Position numbers and translations under genes: made by a program. The notes beneath the pieces are model-generated. The model was given only the letters and a program-made list of their open reading frames with translations. It did no database searches and had not been told where the DNA came from. Below, piece by piece: positions 37,865 to 47,919 of a stretch of DNA of 56,555 bases. Each line of letters begins with the position of its first letter. The first letter of the stretch is position 1. Location: positions 1 through 56,555 of the forward strand of contig JAGVZI010000011.1 of assembly GCA_018302705.1 (NCBI GenBank), given 5' to 3'. The stretch comes from Candidatus Woesearchaeota archaeon (GTDB lineage: Archaea > Nanobdellota > Nanobdellia > SCGC-AAA011-G17 > ARS1403).

Positions 37865-38464
37865 TTACTTGAAAACTTCTCCAGTCTCCATGCTCCAAAA
37901 AAGTAAATCAAGATGATCCATTGGGATTCTGACTTTCCTCGAAAACTCTTTAAATTTATCTTCAATCTCAAAATATTTCTTTTTTGTCAACGTCTTGGGT
38001 AATTCATCAATAGCATTTACTTTAACTAAATTTTTCAAAATATGCCTATCAAGTATTGCAAGATTTTCATGGCCAGTATTCCTTAAGTAATGAGCAGCTT
38101 CTTTTAATCCGAGACCCTTAACATTCTCAACAAGGAATTCTCTTTTTTCTTTATTGTCTTTTATTTTTTCCAGCTCATTTTTTAATTCAGGATATTTTTC
38201 TCTCATTTCAAGCAGATATTTTCCTTTATGATTATGAAATCTTATTTTTTGTTTTAAAACCAAAGTAGGATCAAATCCAGTCTCAAAGAAATTATTTTTA
38301 ATCATCTCTTTAATGCAATCATCAGCATTCTTAGCCTTAGATTGAGGAGTCAATAAACAAAAACATAACTCATAGAATAAATCTTTTTCCTTTAATTTTT
38401 TAAAGTAATTTAGCCTTTCTATAATCTCCTCTTTTCTTTTGGAGTATTCTTCCTTTAAATCCAT
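37865..38464 (-). CDS. ogg: 8-oxoguanine N-glycosylase/DNA lyase (Ogg2)
   Basis: ELCFCLLTPQS, VKGLGLKEAAHYLRN, ILDRHI, C-terminal TGEVFK. Confidence 0.92.
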   Translation of the reverse strand: MDLKEEYSKRKEEIIERLNYFKKLKEKDLFYELCFCLLTPQSKAKNADDCIKEMIKNNFFETGFDPTLVLKQKIRFHNHKGKYLLEMREKYPELKNELEKIKDNKEKREFLVENVKGLGLKEAAHYLRNTGHENLAILDRHILKNLVKVNAIDELPKTLTKKKYFEIEDKFKEFSRKVRIPMDHLDLLFWSMETGEVFK

Positions 38465-38473
38465 ATCTTCTTA

Positions 38474-40213
38474 TTATCCATTATCATCAATAATCTCTTT
38501 CTCATTATCTAATAGGATATTTTTTTGGTCTTTTTTATCCCTAAACCCCCTTGGAACATAGATTTTTTCTCTAGTCATTGGATTCTCTCCAGTATAATAC
38601 ATTGCAGTAGAAACAGTTCCAGGAGTAGGAGTAAATACTTGTGTTAAATTTACATAAATTTCATTTTCCTCACAGAATTTTTTGGTTTTTTCCATACTTT
38701 TCTTAGTACTACCCGGATGAGCTGCAACAAAATAAGGGACTAAATTTTTATTTGTACCTTGTTCTTTATTAATTTTTTTAAATTCTTCTAAAAATTCCTT
38801 AAAGGTAGAAGCAGTTGATTTATTCATATGTTTTAAAACAGCATCATCTAAATTTTCAGGGGCAATTTTTAATCTTGAAATAAATTCCATTATTTTTCTA
38901 AAAAGTTTTTTCTGATCTAAAATAATGTCATGTCTTATAGCACTTCTTAATTCCAAAGAGGTCTGATATTTTTTATTTAATTTCTCAACTTCGATTAATA
39001 ACGGGTACAAATCATCGCTTAAAACTCTAAAATCGCACCCCACACAATTTTGATTACAATACTCTTTTTTATCATAAACAATAACTTCTTCATTAATTAT
39101 TTGAGAGTAAATTTTACTTTCATGTTTATACAAAGCACACTTAGATCCGTACATATTTAATGTTGGCAGAGTAAGATCATTGATATGTTTAACACCGGAA
39201 GAATAAAGCAACTCAATTTCTTTCACAATACTTTCTTTACTCCTTTTAGCTACATCTTTTCCTTGAACTAAAGGAATAATACAAAAATAACAGGATCCCC
39301 AGCACCCTCTGCCAATTATAACGGAATTATTCAATCTTTCTAACATTTTACTATCAGAACCAAAATTCTTTGAATCAGGGTGTAATCTTCTTGTAAATTT
39401 GCTTTTGTAAATAAAATCAATCTCTTTCTCAGTTAAAGTATGACAAGGCCTATTATGTTGGATATAACCTTCTCCACATTTTTCTATAAAATTCCCGTCA
39501 GGTAAAAGATAAGTAATTCTAGTAAGCAAATTAAATTTACTTTTATCTTCAATACAATCTTCATAAGAAGATAAAACTCTTATTTTCTGACTAACTTCAT
39601 CTTTTTTTACTCTAAAAGCGATTCCTTCTATTGATCCCAGGTCAAGATTGGATTTAATTTTTTCAAATTTATCGATTTTAATTCTCTTCATTCTTTCCAA
39701 AATTTCAAGTATTGATCTTTCAGCGCTTGCAAACAATAACAAATCAGCTTTAGTATCATTCAAAATTCCTCTTCTTAATTTATTTTCTTTATAATCAAAA
39801 TGAGTAAATCTCCTTATTGTAGCTTCCACTCCTCCAAGGACAGTAATCACATCTTTGAAATTTTCCTTTAATTTCTGAGTATAAATCATTAAGGCTCTTT
39901 CAAGAACATGAACCATCTCTCTTTTCCTTAGCATAGGTGTATAATTTGCTAACATAGAATCTAATAATCCAGAGGTAATACAGAAGAAATATTTAGGCCT
40001 ACCACATTTCAAATAGTCTTTATCTTTTTCAGGTTGAGAGATTATCCCTACTTTATAGCCTTTTTTATCCAATAATCTGGCAATTATTACCATTCCACTT
40101 AAAGGATGGTCATAATATGGATCTCCTGTAACAAAAACAACATCAAACTCTTCGAAGTTACCATAGTACTTTTTTCCTTCTTCTAATGAAGTTGGTAAAA
40201 ATTTGAGGTTCAT
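38474..40213 (-). CDS. YgiQ/UPF0313-family radical SAM protein
   Basis: VTGDPYYDHP, RGCWGSCYFC, PYFVAAHPG, FTPTP...MYYTG. Confidence 0.9.
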   Translation of the reverse strand: MNLKFLPTSLEEGKKYYGNFEEFDVVFVTGDPYYDHPLSGMVIIARLLDKKGYKVGIISQPEKDKDYLKCGRPKYFFCITSGLLDSMLANYTPMLRKREMVHVLERALMIYTQKLKENFKDVITVLGGVEATIRRFTHFDYKENKLRRGILNDTKADLLLFASAERSILEILERMKRIKIDKFEKIKSNLDLGSIEGIAFRVKKDEVSQKIRVLSSYEDCIEDKSKFNLLTRITYLLPDGNFIEKCGEGYIQHNRPCHTLTEKEIDFIYKSKFTRRLHPDSKNFGSDSKMLERLNNSVIIGRGCWGSCYFCIIPLVQGKDVAKRSKESIVKEIELLYSSGVKHINDLTLPTLNMYGSKCALYKHESKIYSQIINEEVIVYDKKEYCNQNCVGCDFRVLSDDLYPLLIEVEKLNKKYQTSLELRSAIRHDIILDQKKLFRKIMEFISRLKIAPENLDDAVLKHMNKSTASTFKEFLEEFKKINKEQGTNKNLVPYFVAAHPGSTKKSMEKTKKFCEENEIYVNLTQVFTPTPGTVSTAMYYTGENPMTREKIYVPRGFRDKKDQKNILLDNEKEIIDDNG

Positions 40214-40294
40214 ACAACTTTCTTAAAAATATAGATTTTAAATGTATCTTTTGAATAGAACTTTTTTGGAACCTTGTAAATTATATAAAGTAAT

Positions 40295-40954
40295 TCATCT
40301 TTTCTTCTCAACACCAACTTGATTGCAATAATTAATTATCGGACATTTGCTGCACCAGGGGCTTACCGGCCTGCAGATATTCTGTCCGAAAGCAACAAAC
40401 AGGTAATTGATTCTTTCCCAATATTTTTTAGGTAGCTTTCTTCTCAAAACCATTTCAGTTTCAAGAGGTGTTTTTGTTTTAATATAGCCAAGTCTGTTAA
40501 ATATCCTCTGGCAATGGACGTCAATAGCCATCGCTGGTTTTTTAAAGCCGACAACCCTGACTAAGTTAGCTGTTTTCCTTCCAACTCCAGGAAGTTTAAG
40601 CAGGTCGTCAATATCACTTGGGATTTTTCCATCGAATTCCTCTTTCAAAACAGTCGGCAGTTCTTTCAGGTATCCAGCTTTAGTCTTGTAAAAACCCACG
40701 GGGTAAATTAATTTTTCAATCTCTTTTTTGGAAAGTCTTTTCAAGCCTTCAGCGTCTTTAACTTTGGAAAATAATCTTTCGCAGACCTTTATAGTGGTTT
40801 CATCCTTAGTCCTGGCAGATAATATTGTAGCAACCAAGACATTAAAGTGGCTTTGGGTTTTAATCTTAATCAAGTCGACAACAGGGACTTTGTAACTCTT
40901 AACTACTTTCTTTAAAATTTCATATATGTTGCCAATATCTACATCTTTTTTCAT
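40295..40954 (-). CDS. nth: Endonuclease III
   Basis: LSARTKD, LPGVGRKTANL, DVH, C-x6-C-x2-C-x5-C. Confidence 0.93.
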   Translation of the reverse strand: MKKDVDIGNIYEILKKVVKSYKVPVVDLIKIKTQSHFNVLVATILSARTKDETTIKVCERLFSKVKDAEGLKRLSKKEIEKLIYPVGFYKTKAGYLKELPTVLKEEFDGKIPSDIDDLLKLPGVGRKTANLVRVVGFKKPAMAIDVHCQRIFNRLGYIKTKTPLETEMVLRRKLPKKYWERINYLFVAFGQNICRPVSPWCSKCPIINYCNQVGVEKKR

Positions 40955-41122
40955 ATCTCAAATTAAAGTATGGTTATAAATTTATAAAGTGTTTGAATAA
41001 TTGGATTCAAAAAAGTGCATAGGTTAAAAAGTAAAGTTTTTAAATGGATAATTCTTGTTTAGCCGGATACATAATAGAAATCTTAAAACCTTTTCTTTAT
41101 GTCGAATAGGAGGAAAAAATAA

Positions 41123-41302
41123 ATGGCAGATTTTCACAGAAGCGGCTTCAAAAGAGACTTTGGACCGAGAGAGTTCGGGCCAAGAGAGATGCATAAGGCA
41201 ACTTGCTCTGAATGCGGGCAGGAATGCGAAGTTCCTTTCAAACCTACAGAGGGGAAGCCAGTCTACTGCAAGGAATGTTACAGTAAAAGAAGAAAGTTCT
41301 GA
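41123..41302 (+). CDS. CxxC-x17-CxxC zinc-binding protein (59 aa, not in ORF track)
   Basis: PREMHKATCSECGQECEVPFKPTEGKPVYCKECY; AGGAGG RBS. Confidence 0.9.
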   Translation: MADFHRSGFKRDFGPREFGPREMHKATCSECGQECEVPFKPTEGKPVYCKECYSKRRKF

Positions 41303-41535
41303 TTCTTTTATAATATCCCAACAAGGATTTGAGCGGTAAATGCTTAAGGATAATAAATAAAAAGCTGGAGGCATAGTTATAGTTGGATTCATCCACCATT
41401 TTGCGCTTTCTATTCTTAATAATCTGCGAAGAAGACAATAGTTTAGGGGTGCCCGCTTAAATTTATTATGAAGTCATTTTTAAGTTATAACCTCATACAA
41501 AAAAGTATTTAAGCAAGAAATCCCGAGATAAGGCC

Positions 41536-41949
41536 ATGCCAATTACTCAATTAATTACTGCACCAATGATGGATGTAGGGTTGCTAATTGTGCGCTTTTT
41601 TCTAGGGACGTTCTTTATAGCGCATGGTTATAATAAATTAAAAGATAAGGAAGCTATGGTTAAGTGGCTTAATTTGATAGGATATAAGCCGGGGATTTTC
41701 TGGGCATGGGTTTTGATCATCACAGAATTCTTTGGCGGCCTGTTTGTCCTTTTCGGCTTGGGAACAAGGCTTTTCGCTTCTATGATGACTGTTGTTATGG
41801 TCATGGGCATTTATCATAGAAGAACTGTGAAGAGGTTAAACTTTGTAGAAGGTTGGGAGTTAAACTATATGACCTTAGCCTCGACAATACTGCTTATCAT
41901 AGTCGGCGCAGGAATGATCTCATTGGATTTCTATTTAGGGATTACTTAA
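41536..41949 (+). CDS. DoxX family membrane protein
   Basis: LLIVRFFLG..F..HG..K, EFFGG, GWE, GAGMISLD. Confidence 0.88.
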   Translation: MPITQLITAPMMDVGLLIVRFFLGTFFIAHGYNKLKDKEAMVKWLNLIGYKPGIFWAWVLIITEFFGGLFVLFGLGTRLFASMMTVVMVMGIYHRRTVKRLNFVEGWELNYMTLASTILLIIVGAGMISLDFYLGIT

Positions 41950-41962
41950 AGCTCAAGAAAGA

Positions 41963-42715
41963 TTATTCCAGCAACAACAAGATCGTCATAATCCCAATTC
42001 CAAGAATGATTGCAAAAAGTTGCAGTAGGGAATTTTTAGTTGTAAATTGGTATTTATGCAGCTCTGGAATTAAATCAGCGCCTGCAATGTAAATAAAGTT
42101 GCCGGCGGCAAAAGGAACTAAAAACATTAATGAGGTTTCAACCCTTGCAACTAAGATTAAAGATACAAAAGCGCCAAAAATAGCGCTCAGCGCAGTAATA
42201 AAATTCAAAAATAAAGCCCTGCTTTTGCTAAAGCCGCCATGAAGTAAGATGCCAAAGTCTCCAATCTCCTGGGGGATTTCATGCAATACAACAGCAATTG
42301 TAGTCGCAACACCAACAGGGATAGAAGCCAGATAGCTAGCGCCTATGATAAGGCCGTCTAAAAAATTGTGTAGAAGGTCCCCGATTAAGTTCATGATTGC
42401 AAATGGATGCGGATGCTCTTTGCTGGTTGGATGGTGGCAGTGCCTCCAGTTTATTATTTTTTCTACAATGAAGGAGAATAAAATCCCCGATAATATATAG
42501 ACAGAAATGCCCAGCCCAAATCCAGATTTCTCGACGATTTTAGGCAACAGATGAATAAAAACATCCCCGAGCAGGGCGCCAGCAGAAAAGCTCACTAAAT
42601 AAATAAGGCATTTTTTAAGTGTAGCAGATTTCAAAGACAAGGTCAGCACGCCAACAAGAGAAATCAAGCTTACAATTAAGACGCTAATAAAGGTATAACC
42701 GATGTAATTTATCAT
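41963..42715 (-). CDS. ZIP family zinc transporter
   Basis: HNFLDG, HEIPQEIGDF, DLIPEL. Confidence 0.93.
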   Translation of the reverse strand: MINYIGYTFISVLIVSLISLVGVLTLSLKSATLKKCLIYLVSFSAGALLGDVFIHLLPKIVEKSGFGLGISVYILSGILFSFIVEKIINWRHCHHPTSKEHPHPFAIMNLIGDLLHNFLDGLIIGASYLASIPVGVATTIAVVLHEIPQEIGDFGILLHGGFSKSRALFLNFITALSAIFGAFVSLILVARVETSLMFLVPFAAGNFIYIAGADLIPELHKYQFTTKNSLLQLFAIILGIGIMTILLLLE

Positions 42716-42806
42716 TATAATATTGGGATTTAACTAATATATAATTGTTTTTGCTTTATTTTGCTTTAATAAAAAGGTTTAAAAGTTTCTAATACTTCTC
42801 TTTTTT

Positions 42807-43217
42807 ATGATAGAGCTCTTAATGGCTGCAGCTTTGGCTTCTGGAGGGTGCTTAGAAGACAGCGTGAATATCGACAGCGCAGACATTATTAGAATGAGTC
42901 AGCATACTATTGCAATGGTTGATTTGACAGGGGACGGCAGAAAAGAGTTCTTAGCCTATTACCTTTCTTTTGTAGACAGCAGCTCATGCATCGTATTCTC
43001 CACAGGAGACACATTAACAAAATTGTTTGAAAATAGGTTCTCTGTTGATAGGGGTGATTGGGGGCTTTACATTGGAGACTATAATCGTGACTGCATTCTT
43101 GATTTTACTGTAAGCTTGCCTAACACAGGTATTTTTTCTTATGCGGCGTGGGATGAAAAGGAAGAAAGATTTCATCTCATTGCAGACACCACTTATGCTT
43201 TGCCTGATGGGGAATAA
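42807..43217 (+). CDS. Secreted hypothetical protein with FG-GAP/VCBS-like motifs
   Basis: DLTGDGRKE and GDYNRDCILD. Confidence 0.6.
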   Translation: MIELLMAAALASGGCLEDSVNIDSADIIRMSQHTIAMVDLTGDGRKEFLAYYLSFVDSSSCIVFSTGDTLTKLFENRFSVDRGDWGLYIGDYNRDCILDFTVSLPNTGIFSYAAWDEKEERFHLIADTTYALPDGE

Positions 43218-43222
43218 TCAGC

Positions 43223-43252
43223 AAGGTTGTTAAGGTTGTTAAGGTTGTTAAG
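43223..43252. repeat. 9-bp tandem repeat AAGGTTGTT x3, followed by ATATGGCATTTAC x2
   Basis: Read directly from the sequence upstream of gltX. Confidence 0.75.
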
Positions 43253-43338
43253 ATAATATATGGCATTTACATATGGCATTTACTTTACAGCTTATTAAAA
43301 AACTAAATTTATATACCCTTAAGCTATCCTCTCTGAAT

Positions 43339-44949
43339 ATGAAAGAGGACATCATTCTAAAATACACGCTGCAAAATGCAGTAAAGTTTAAAGGAAAAGC
43401 AAATCCAGGGGCTGTTTTAGGAAAAATCTTGCAAGAAAATCCAAAACTAAAAGCGAAGATAAGGGAATTAACAAAAAAAATCAGCGAAGTAGTAAGCAAA
43501 GTCAATCAATTATCTGTTCCAGAGCAGGAAACCCAGCTGCTGGCATTCACTTTTAAAAAACAAAGAAAAAAAGAAAGGGATCTTTTCAGCATTTTGAGAA
43601 TCAAGGGGAAGGTAAGGACAGCATTCCCTCCAGGCCCTGAAAAATATCCTCACTTGGGCCATGCAAAAGCATTGGTTTTAAATTATGAATTGGCAAAAAG
43701 GCATAAAGGGGGATTTTATCTGCGCTTCGAGGATACTAATCCTGGACTAGTAAAGAAAGAATACTATGAAATCATGCTCGATAACTTCTCTTGGCTCGGG
43801 GTAAAATGGGATAAGCTGCAATATGCATCAGACAACATGGAGCTATTCTACAGCTATGCCAAGAAGCTGCTGGAAAAAGAAAAGGCTTATGTCTGCCATT
43901 GCAGCAAAGAATCAATAAGTGATAGCCGGCTAAAAAGTATCGAGTGTGAATGCAGAAAGGATAATATTTCATGGAGTGATTTCCTTAAAAAGAAAAAAGG
44001 GATTTTAAGGTTGAAAGGGGATATGGGGCATAAGAATACGACGATGCGAGATCCCACTTTATTCAGGTTTGTAAACACCAAGCATGCGAGGCAAGGATCA
44101 AGGTATAGTCTCTGGCCCAATTATGATTTTCAGAATGCAGTTATGGACGGGCATTTTAAGATAACGCACAGGTTAAGGAGCAAGGAATTTGAATTAAGGG
44201 CCGAGCTGCAGCAGTACCTCCAGAAGTTATTGAATCTGCATCAGACAAAAACATACGAGTTTGGCAGGTTAAATTTGGAAGGCGTTGAAAGCTCAGGCAG
44301 GATTATCCGGGAGAAAATAAATAATAAAGAGCTGCTGGGCTGGGACGATCCCAGGTTGACGACAATAGTAGCGCTAAGAAGGCGCGGTTTTCTTGCGCAG
44401 GCGATTTATGATTTTGTTTTGTCGACGGGGATTTCAAAAGCAGAATCAACTCTTGCTTGGGACGATTTAATCGCAAAAAACAAAAAAATCCTGGATCCAA
44501 TAGCCCACCGTTATTTCTTCGTCGAGAATCCCAAAAAAATAAAGATTAAAAATGCCCCTCATGTGAAAGCAAGTGCCCCGTTGCACCCGGATCATCCGGA
44601 GAAAGGGTTCAGGGTGTTTAATACCGCAGATGAATTCTATATCCAGGACGATCTGGAAAAAGACAGCATATATAGGTTCATGCATCTTTTTAATTTTAAA
44701 AAATTGGAATTTGTTTCTGAAGAATTGGACCCTAGGCTAGATGCAAAAATGATACACTGGCTTCCTGCTGCTAAAGATCTTGTAAACGTAGAGGTTGTGA
44801 TGCCAGATGCTTCTGTTAAAAAAGGATTGGGAGAGCCTCTGTTGAGGGAAGTTAAAGTTGGAGATGTTGTTCAAGGGGAAAGATTTGGTTTTATGAAATT
44901 GGATAAAAAAGAGAAAGATAAATTAAAGTTTTACTTTACACATCGATGA
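43339..44949 (+). CDS. gltX: Glutamate--tRNA ligase (archaeal type)
   Basis: HLGHAK, LRFEDTNP, RDP, GWDDPRL, QGERFGF; start at MKEDII. Confidence 0.93.
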   Translation: MKEDIILKYTLQNAVKFKGKANPGAVLGKILQENPKLKAKIRELTKKISEVVSKVNQLSVPEQETQLLAFTFKKQRKKERDLFSILRIKGKVRTAFPPGPEKYPHLGHAKALVLNYELAKRHKGGFYLRFEDTNPGLVKKEYYEIMLDNFSWLGVKWDKLQYASDNMELFYSYAKKLLEKEKAYVCHCSKESISDSRLKSIECECRKDNISWSDFLKKKKGILRLKGDMGHKNTTMRDPTLFRFVNTKHARQGSRYSLWPNYDFQNAVMDGHFKITHRLRSKEFELRAELQQYLQKLLNLHQTKTYEFGRLNLEGVESSGRIIREKINNKELLGWDDPRLTTIVALRRRGFLAQAIYDFVLSTGISKAESTLAWDDLIAKNKKILDPIAHRYFFVENPKKIKIKNAPHVKASAPLHPDHPEKGFRVFNTADEFYIQDDLEKDSIYRFMHLFNFKKLEFVSEELDPRLDAKMIHWLPAAKDLVNVEVVMPDASVKKGLGEPLLREVKVGDVVQGERFGFMKLDKKEKDKLKFYFTHR

Positions 44950-44958
44950 ATTTTATGA

Positions 44959-45342
44959 TTAAAGCTTTCCCTGCAATGCTAATATAATAATAATTACTAT
45001 AATTAGAACAACAATGAGTGTTATTGGATCTATAACGCCCCTCTTACTTTTAAAAAAATTAATAGCCTCCACCCATCCCTTTATCATTGAAATCTCATTC
45101 TCTTGTTTATCCATCCTATTATTTAATATAGCCTCTCTAATATTTAATCTTTTCTCCATAAGTTTGATCCTAAAAATAGCTTTATCTTCCACATATAACT
45201 TAAAGTAGGTTCCAAGTGTTATAATCCCCAAAGTAAGGAGTACAATTTTATTGCTCTGGAAAAATGGTTTTTCTAAAAAAGATAAAGCAGTTATAATGCT
45301 GCCAAATATCCCTAAAACATCTAAAATAAGATCTTTCTTCAT
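44959..45342 (-). CDS. Hypothetical membrane protein
   Basis: Two N-terminal TMs, coiled coil, C-terminal KRGVIDP+TM. Confidence 0.6.
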   Translation of the reverse strand: MKKDLILDVLGIFGSIITALSFLEKPFFQSNKIVLLTLGIITLGTYFKLYVEDKAIFRIKLMEKRLNIREAILNNRMDKQENEISMIKGWVEAINFFKSKRGVIDPITLIVVLIIVIIIILALQGKL

Positions 45343-45956
45343 AAAATAATTGCAAAGATAAAAATATTTAAGTATAATCAATTTTAAAAATATAGGTTAA
45401 AAAATAGGGGTGGTTGTAAAATATAAACACTAATAGTAACAGCAATTTATTAAGGACCTTCTGATAAGGCATTGTGATAATCAACAGCAAGCTATATAAG
45501 CAGCAATAATAAAATTTATAGTCGGGGTTTTAAATGTTGGAAAAAATAGACAAAGACAAGGAGCAGAAGACTTTGGATAAATTTGGGTTAAAGGAGAAAA
45601 TAAAAGATATAACCTCCATGATCCTGTCAAAGCTGCCGATGAGGGGCGATAGCAAAAGATAATCCCGTGTCTTGCAATATTAAAAATTAATTTTTTATTG
45701 AAATTTGGAATTATCTGATTATGTTTCTGTTGGTGTAGGTGGAGAATGCGATAATTATCCAAGAAGTGAGTTTTATCAAAATGTACCTGAAGGAACAGAG
45801 GTTATTACTGATTTTAGGGCTGAAGGGGGAGGAAGAATTAGAAGATATTATGAGGGCATAGCTTTAATTCCAAAATAAATTTTTTAATTTTTTCTTAAAA
45901 GTTTTATTTCTGTAAAAATAGTAAAGTATATATAGTTTTCTTACTTTAAAGAGTAT

Positions 45957-46127
45957 ATGTCAGATTTAACATTACGAGCAGAACCACTAACAAAAGAATT
46001 AATAGCAATATCTAAAGAGAGGTCTATAAGAGAAATGGCAATGAGTTATATATGTTATCCTTACGATTTTAGAGAATTATCAGAATCTGAATTTAGATGT
46101 ATAGAAGAGCGTTATAGATTAAGGTAA
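45957..46127 (+). CDS. Small hypothetical protein (56 aa)
   Basis: MSDLTLRAEPLTKELIA...; AAAGTATATATA promoter upstream. Confidence 0.45.
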   Translation: MSDLTLRAEPLTKELIAISKERSIREMAMSYICYPYDFRELSESEFRCIEERYRLR

Positions 46128-46438
46128 TTTACTGATAAATATGCGTTTATATCTGGGTTCGTATAAGACAGATTGTAAGAAGTATTTATGTGTTTATACA
46201 AACTTTTTAAGGAAAGATGCATGGAAAAGTTCATTGTCTATTGAGCGAAGCGATTCAAATTCTTCTTTCCTGCATTGTTGCACAACTAGCGATTTCATAC
46301 AACCCATAGTATTTAGGATAATATCTTAACCACAACCTATAGGAGTTATGCAACACAGCATTCTTTCCAAAAAGCTTTTAAATCGAAAACTTACTAATTT
46401 TCTATTGAAACCAATGAAACCAATGGAGGTATGAGGTT

Positions 46439-46819
46439 ATGGCGTTAAAATTTAATTTTCAGGTAACAAAGGAGCTTTCTGATAAAGCATTAGGGGCAAT
46501 TGAAGTAGCAAGGTCAACAGGAAAAATAAAAAAAGGTACAAATGAAGTAACCAAGGCAGTTGAAAGAGGCGTTGCTAAACTGGTTGTTGTTGCTCAAGAC
46601 ACCAAGCCTGAAGAAGTGATTATGCACCTTCCTATTTTGTGCGAGGAGAAGAATATACTCTGCATTCCAGTTGCGACAAAAGAAGAGCTGGGGGCAGCTG
46701 CTGGCTTGCAGTTAGGATGCGCCTCAGTAGCAATTACATCAGAAGGGGATTCTAGGAAGGTAATTCAGGAGATAGTAACATCTTTGGGAAAAGACACTTC
46801 AAGGGAAAAAAAGGAGTAA
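46439..46819 (+). CDS. rpl7ae: 50S ribosomal protein L7Ae
   Basis: GKIKKGTNEVTKAVERG, HLPILCEEK, LGAAAGL. Confidence 0.96.
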   Translation: MALKFNFQVTKELSDKALGAIEVARSTGKIKKGTNEVTKAVERGVAKLVVVAQDTKPEEVIMHLPILCEEKNILCIPVATKEELGAAAGLQLGCASVAITSEGDSRKVIQEIVTSLGKDTSREKKE

Positions 46820-46827
46820 GATTTTAA

Positions 46828-47169
46828 ATGGCGACTAAAGAAAGTAAAAAAGGAAGAAAAGCCCAAAGGAAAGAAAAAAGAAAGGAGAAAAAGGGGATTA
46901 TTGGATTAATAGAGCAGAAAACAGTAAAGACAGAATCCGGCCAGATTAATTTTTCTCAGGCAGTTCCAGCAAAAGTCGAAGAGATAGTCGGGAGGACAGG
47001 GTCTAGAGGAGAGGTTATACAAGTGCGCTGCAAAATTTTAGAGGGATATGACCAAGGGAAAGTTATAAGGAGAAATGTAAAAGGGCCCACGAGGATTGAT
47101 GACATTTTGATGCTGAGGGAAACAGAAATTGAAGCCCGCAAACTAATTCAAGTAAAGAGGGGCGGTTAA
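46828..47169 (+). CDS. rps28e: 30S ribosomal protein S28e with basic N-terminal extension
   Basis: [15 protein letters not shown]...RRNVKGP...[10 protein letters not shown]. Confidence 0.93.
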   Translation: MATKESKKGRKAQRKEKRKEKKGIIGLIEQKTVKTESGQINFSQAVPAKVEEIVGRTGSRGEVIQVRCKILEGYDQGKVIRRNVKGPTRIDDILMLRETEIEARKLIQVKRGG

Positions 47170-47173
47170 AAAA

Positions 47174-47338
47174 ATGAAATGCTCATTCTGTAAAAAGCAA
47201 ATAAAGGCAGGAACAGGAAAGATGTTTGCAAGGAATGACGGCAGGATATTTTATTTTGACAGGCAGAAATGCGAGAAAAATTTATTTGGGCTTAAAAGAA
47301 AGCCCAGGAAATCTGAAATGGACGCGATAATATCATGA
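47174..47338 (+). CDS. rpl24e: 50S ribosomal protein L24e (C-terminal frameshift; not in ORF track)
   Basis: MKCSFC...GTGKMFARNDGRIFYF...KCEKN...KRKPR; the conserved LKWT is in the +1 frame. Confidence 0.88.
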   Translation: MKCSFCKKQIKAGTGKMFARNDGRIFYFDRQKCEKNLFGLKRKPRKSEMDAIIS

Positions 47339-47835
47339 TAGAAAAGACTTTAATTCTAATAAAGCCAGATGGAGTGGAGCGCGGTTTAATTGGGGAGATT
47401 ACAGCAAGGTTTGAGAAAGCAGGTTTTAAAATAGCAGGAATGAAAATGTTCTGGGCAGATGACGGTTTTGCAAGGAAGCACTATCCGAGAAGCATTGAAG
47501 AAAAATATGGAAAAGAAATCCGGGATAGGATTGTAAATTATCTGAAAGAAGGCCCTGTAATAGCAATGGTTTTAGAAGGGGTGAATGCAGTCGAGAATGT
47601 AAGGAAAATTGTAGGAGATACTTACCCGAATGAAGCGCCTCCAGGGACTATCCGCGGAGATTATGCCCATATAAGCAAGGATTATGCAAACAAGAATAAA
47701 AGGCAAGTCAAAAATTTAATTCATGCTTCTGGAAATAAAGAGGATGCAAAAGCAGAAACAAAATTATGGTTTTCCGATTCTGAATTATTTGAATATCAAA
47801 CTGTTTTTGAAAAGCACTGCAGATATTTGTTTTGA
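47335..47835 (+). CDS. ndk: Nucleoside diphosphate kinase
   Basis: IKPDGV, PGTIRGD, NLIHASG. Confidence 0.96.
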   Translation: MIEKTLILIKPDGVERGLIGEITARFEKAGFKIAGMKMFWADDGFARKHYPRSIEEKYGKEIRDRIVNYLKEGPVIAMVLEGVNAVENVRKIVGDTYPNEAPPGTIRGDYAHISKDYANKNKRQVKNLIHASGNKEDAKAETKLWFSDSELFEYQTVFEKHCRYLF

Positions 47836-47855
47836 TAATCTTTAGAATAAGTTAA

Positions 47856-47893
47856 GCAAGGAAACTCACTCCTTTAGACCTGAGATGAATTGC
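47856..47893. repeat. Possible remnant of an IS200/IS605-family end
   Basis: GCAAGGAAACTCACTCCTTTAGACCTGAGATGAATTGC resembles the CCTTTAG-loop subterminal hairpin; no tnpA/tnpB nearby. Confidence 0.3.
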
Positions 47894-47919
47894 GTAAATT
47901 ATTTCTTCAATTAAAAAAT

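Noticed and set aside
41024-41438. ORF-track calls 41024-41392, 41055-41339 and 41244-41438
   Set aside because: The real gene is the 59-aa CxxC-x17-CxxC ORF at 41123-41302 in another frame.
43223-43290. Short tandem repeats as a mini-CRISPR or iterons
   Set aside because: Head-to-tail 9- and 13-bp duplications without spacers; most likely slippage.
47174-47338. Intron explanation for the L24e frameshift (and for 28196-28433)
   Set aside because: Single-base shifts with no inserted hairpin or BHB.
47856-47893. Active IS200/IS605 element
   Set aside because: Only a degenerate end-like hairpin; no transposase or TnpB in the window.
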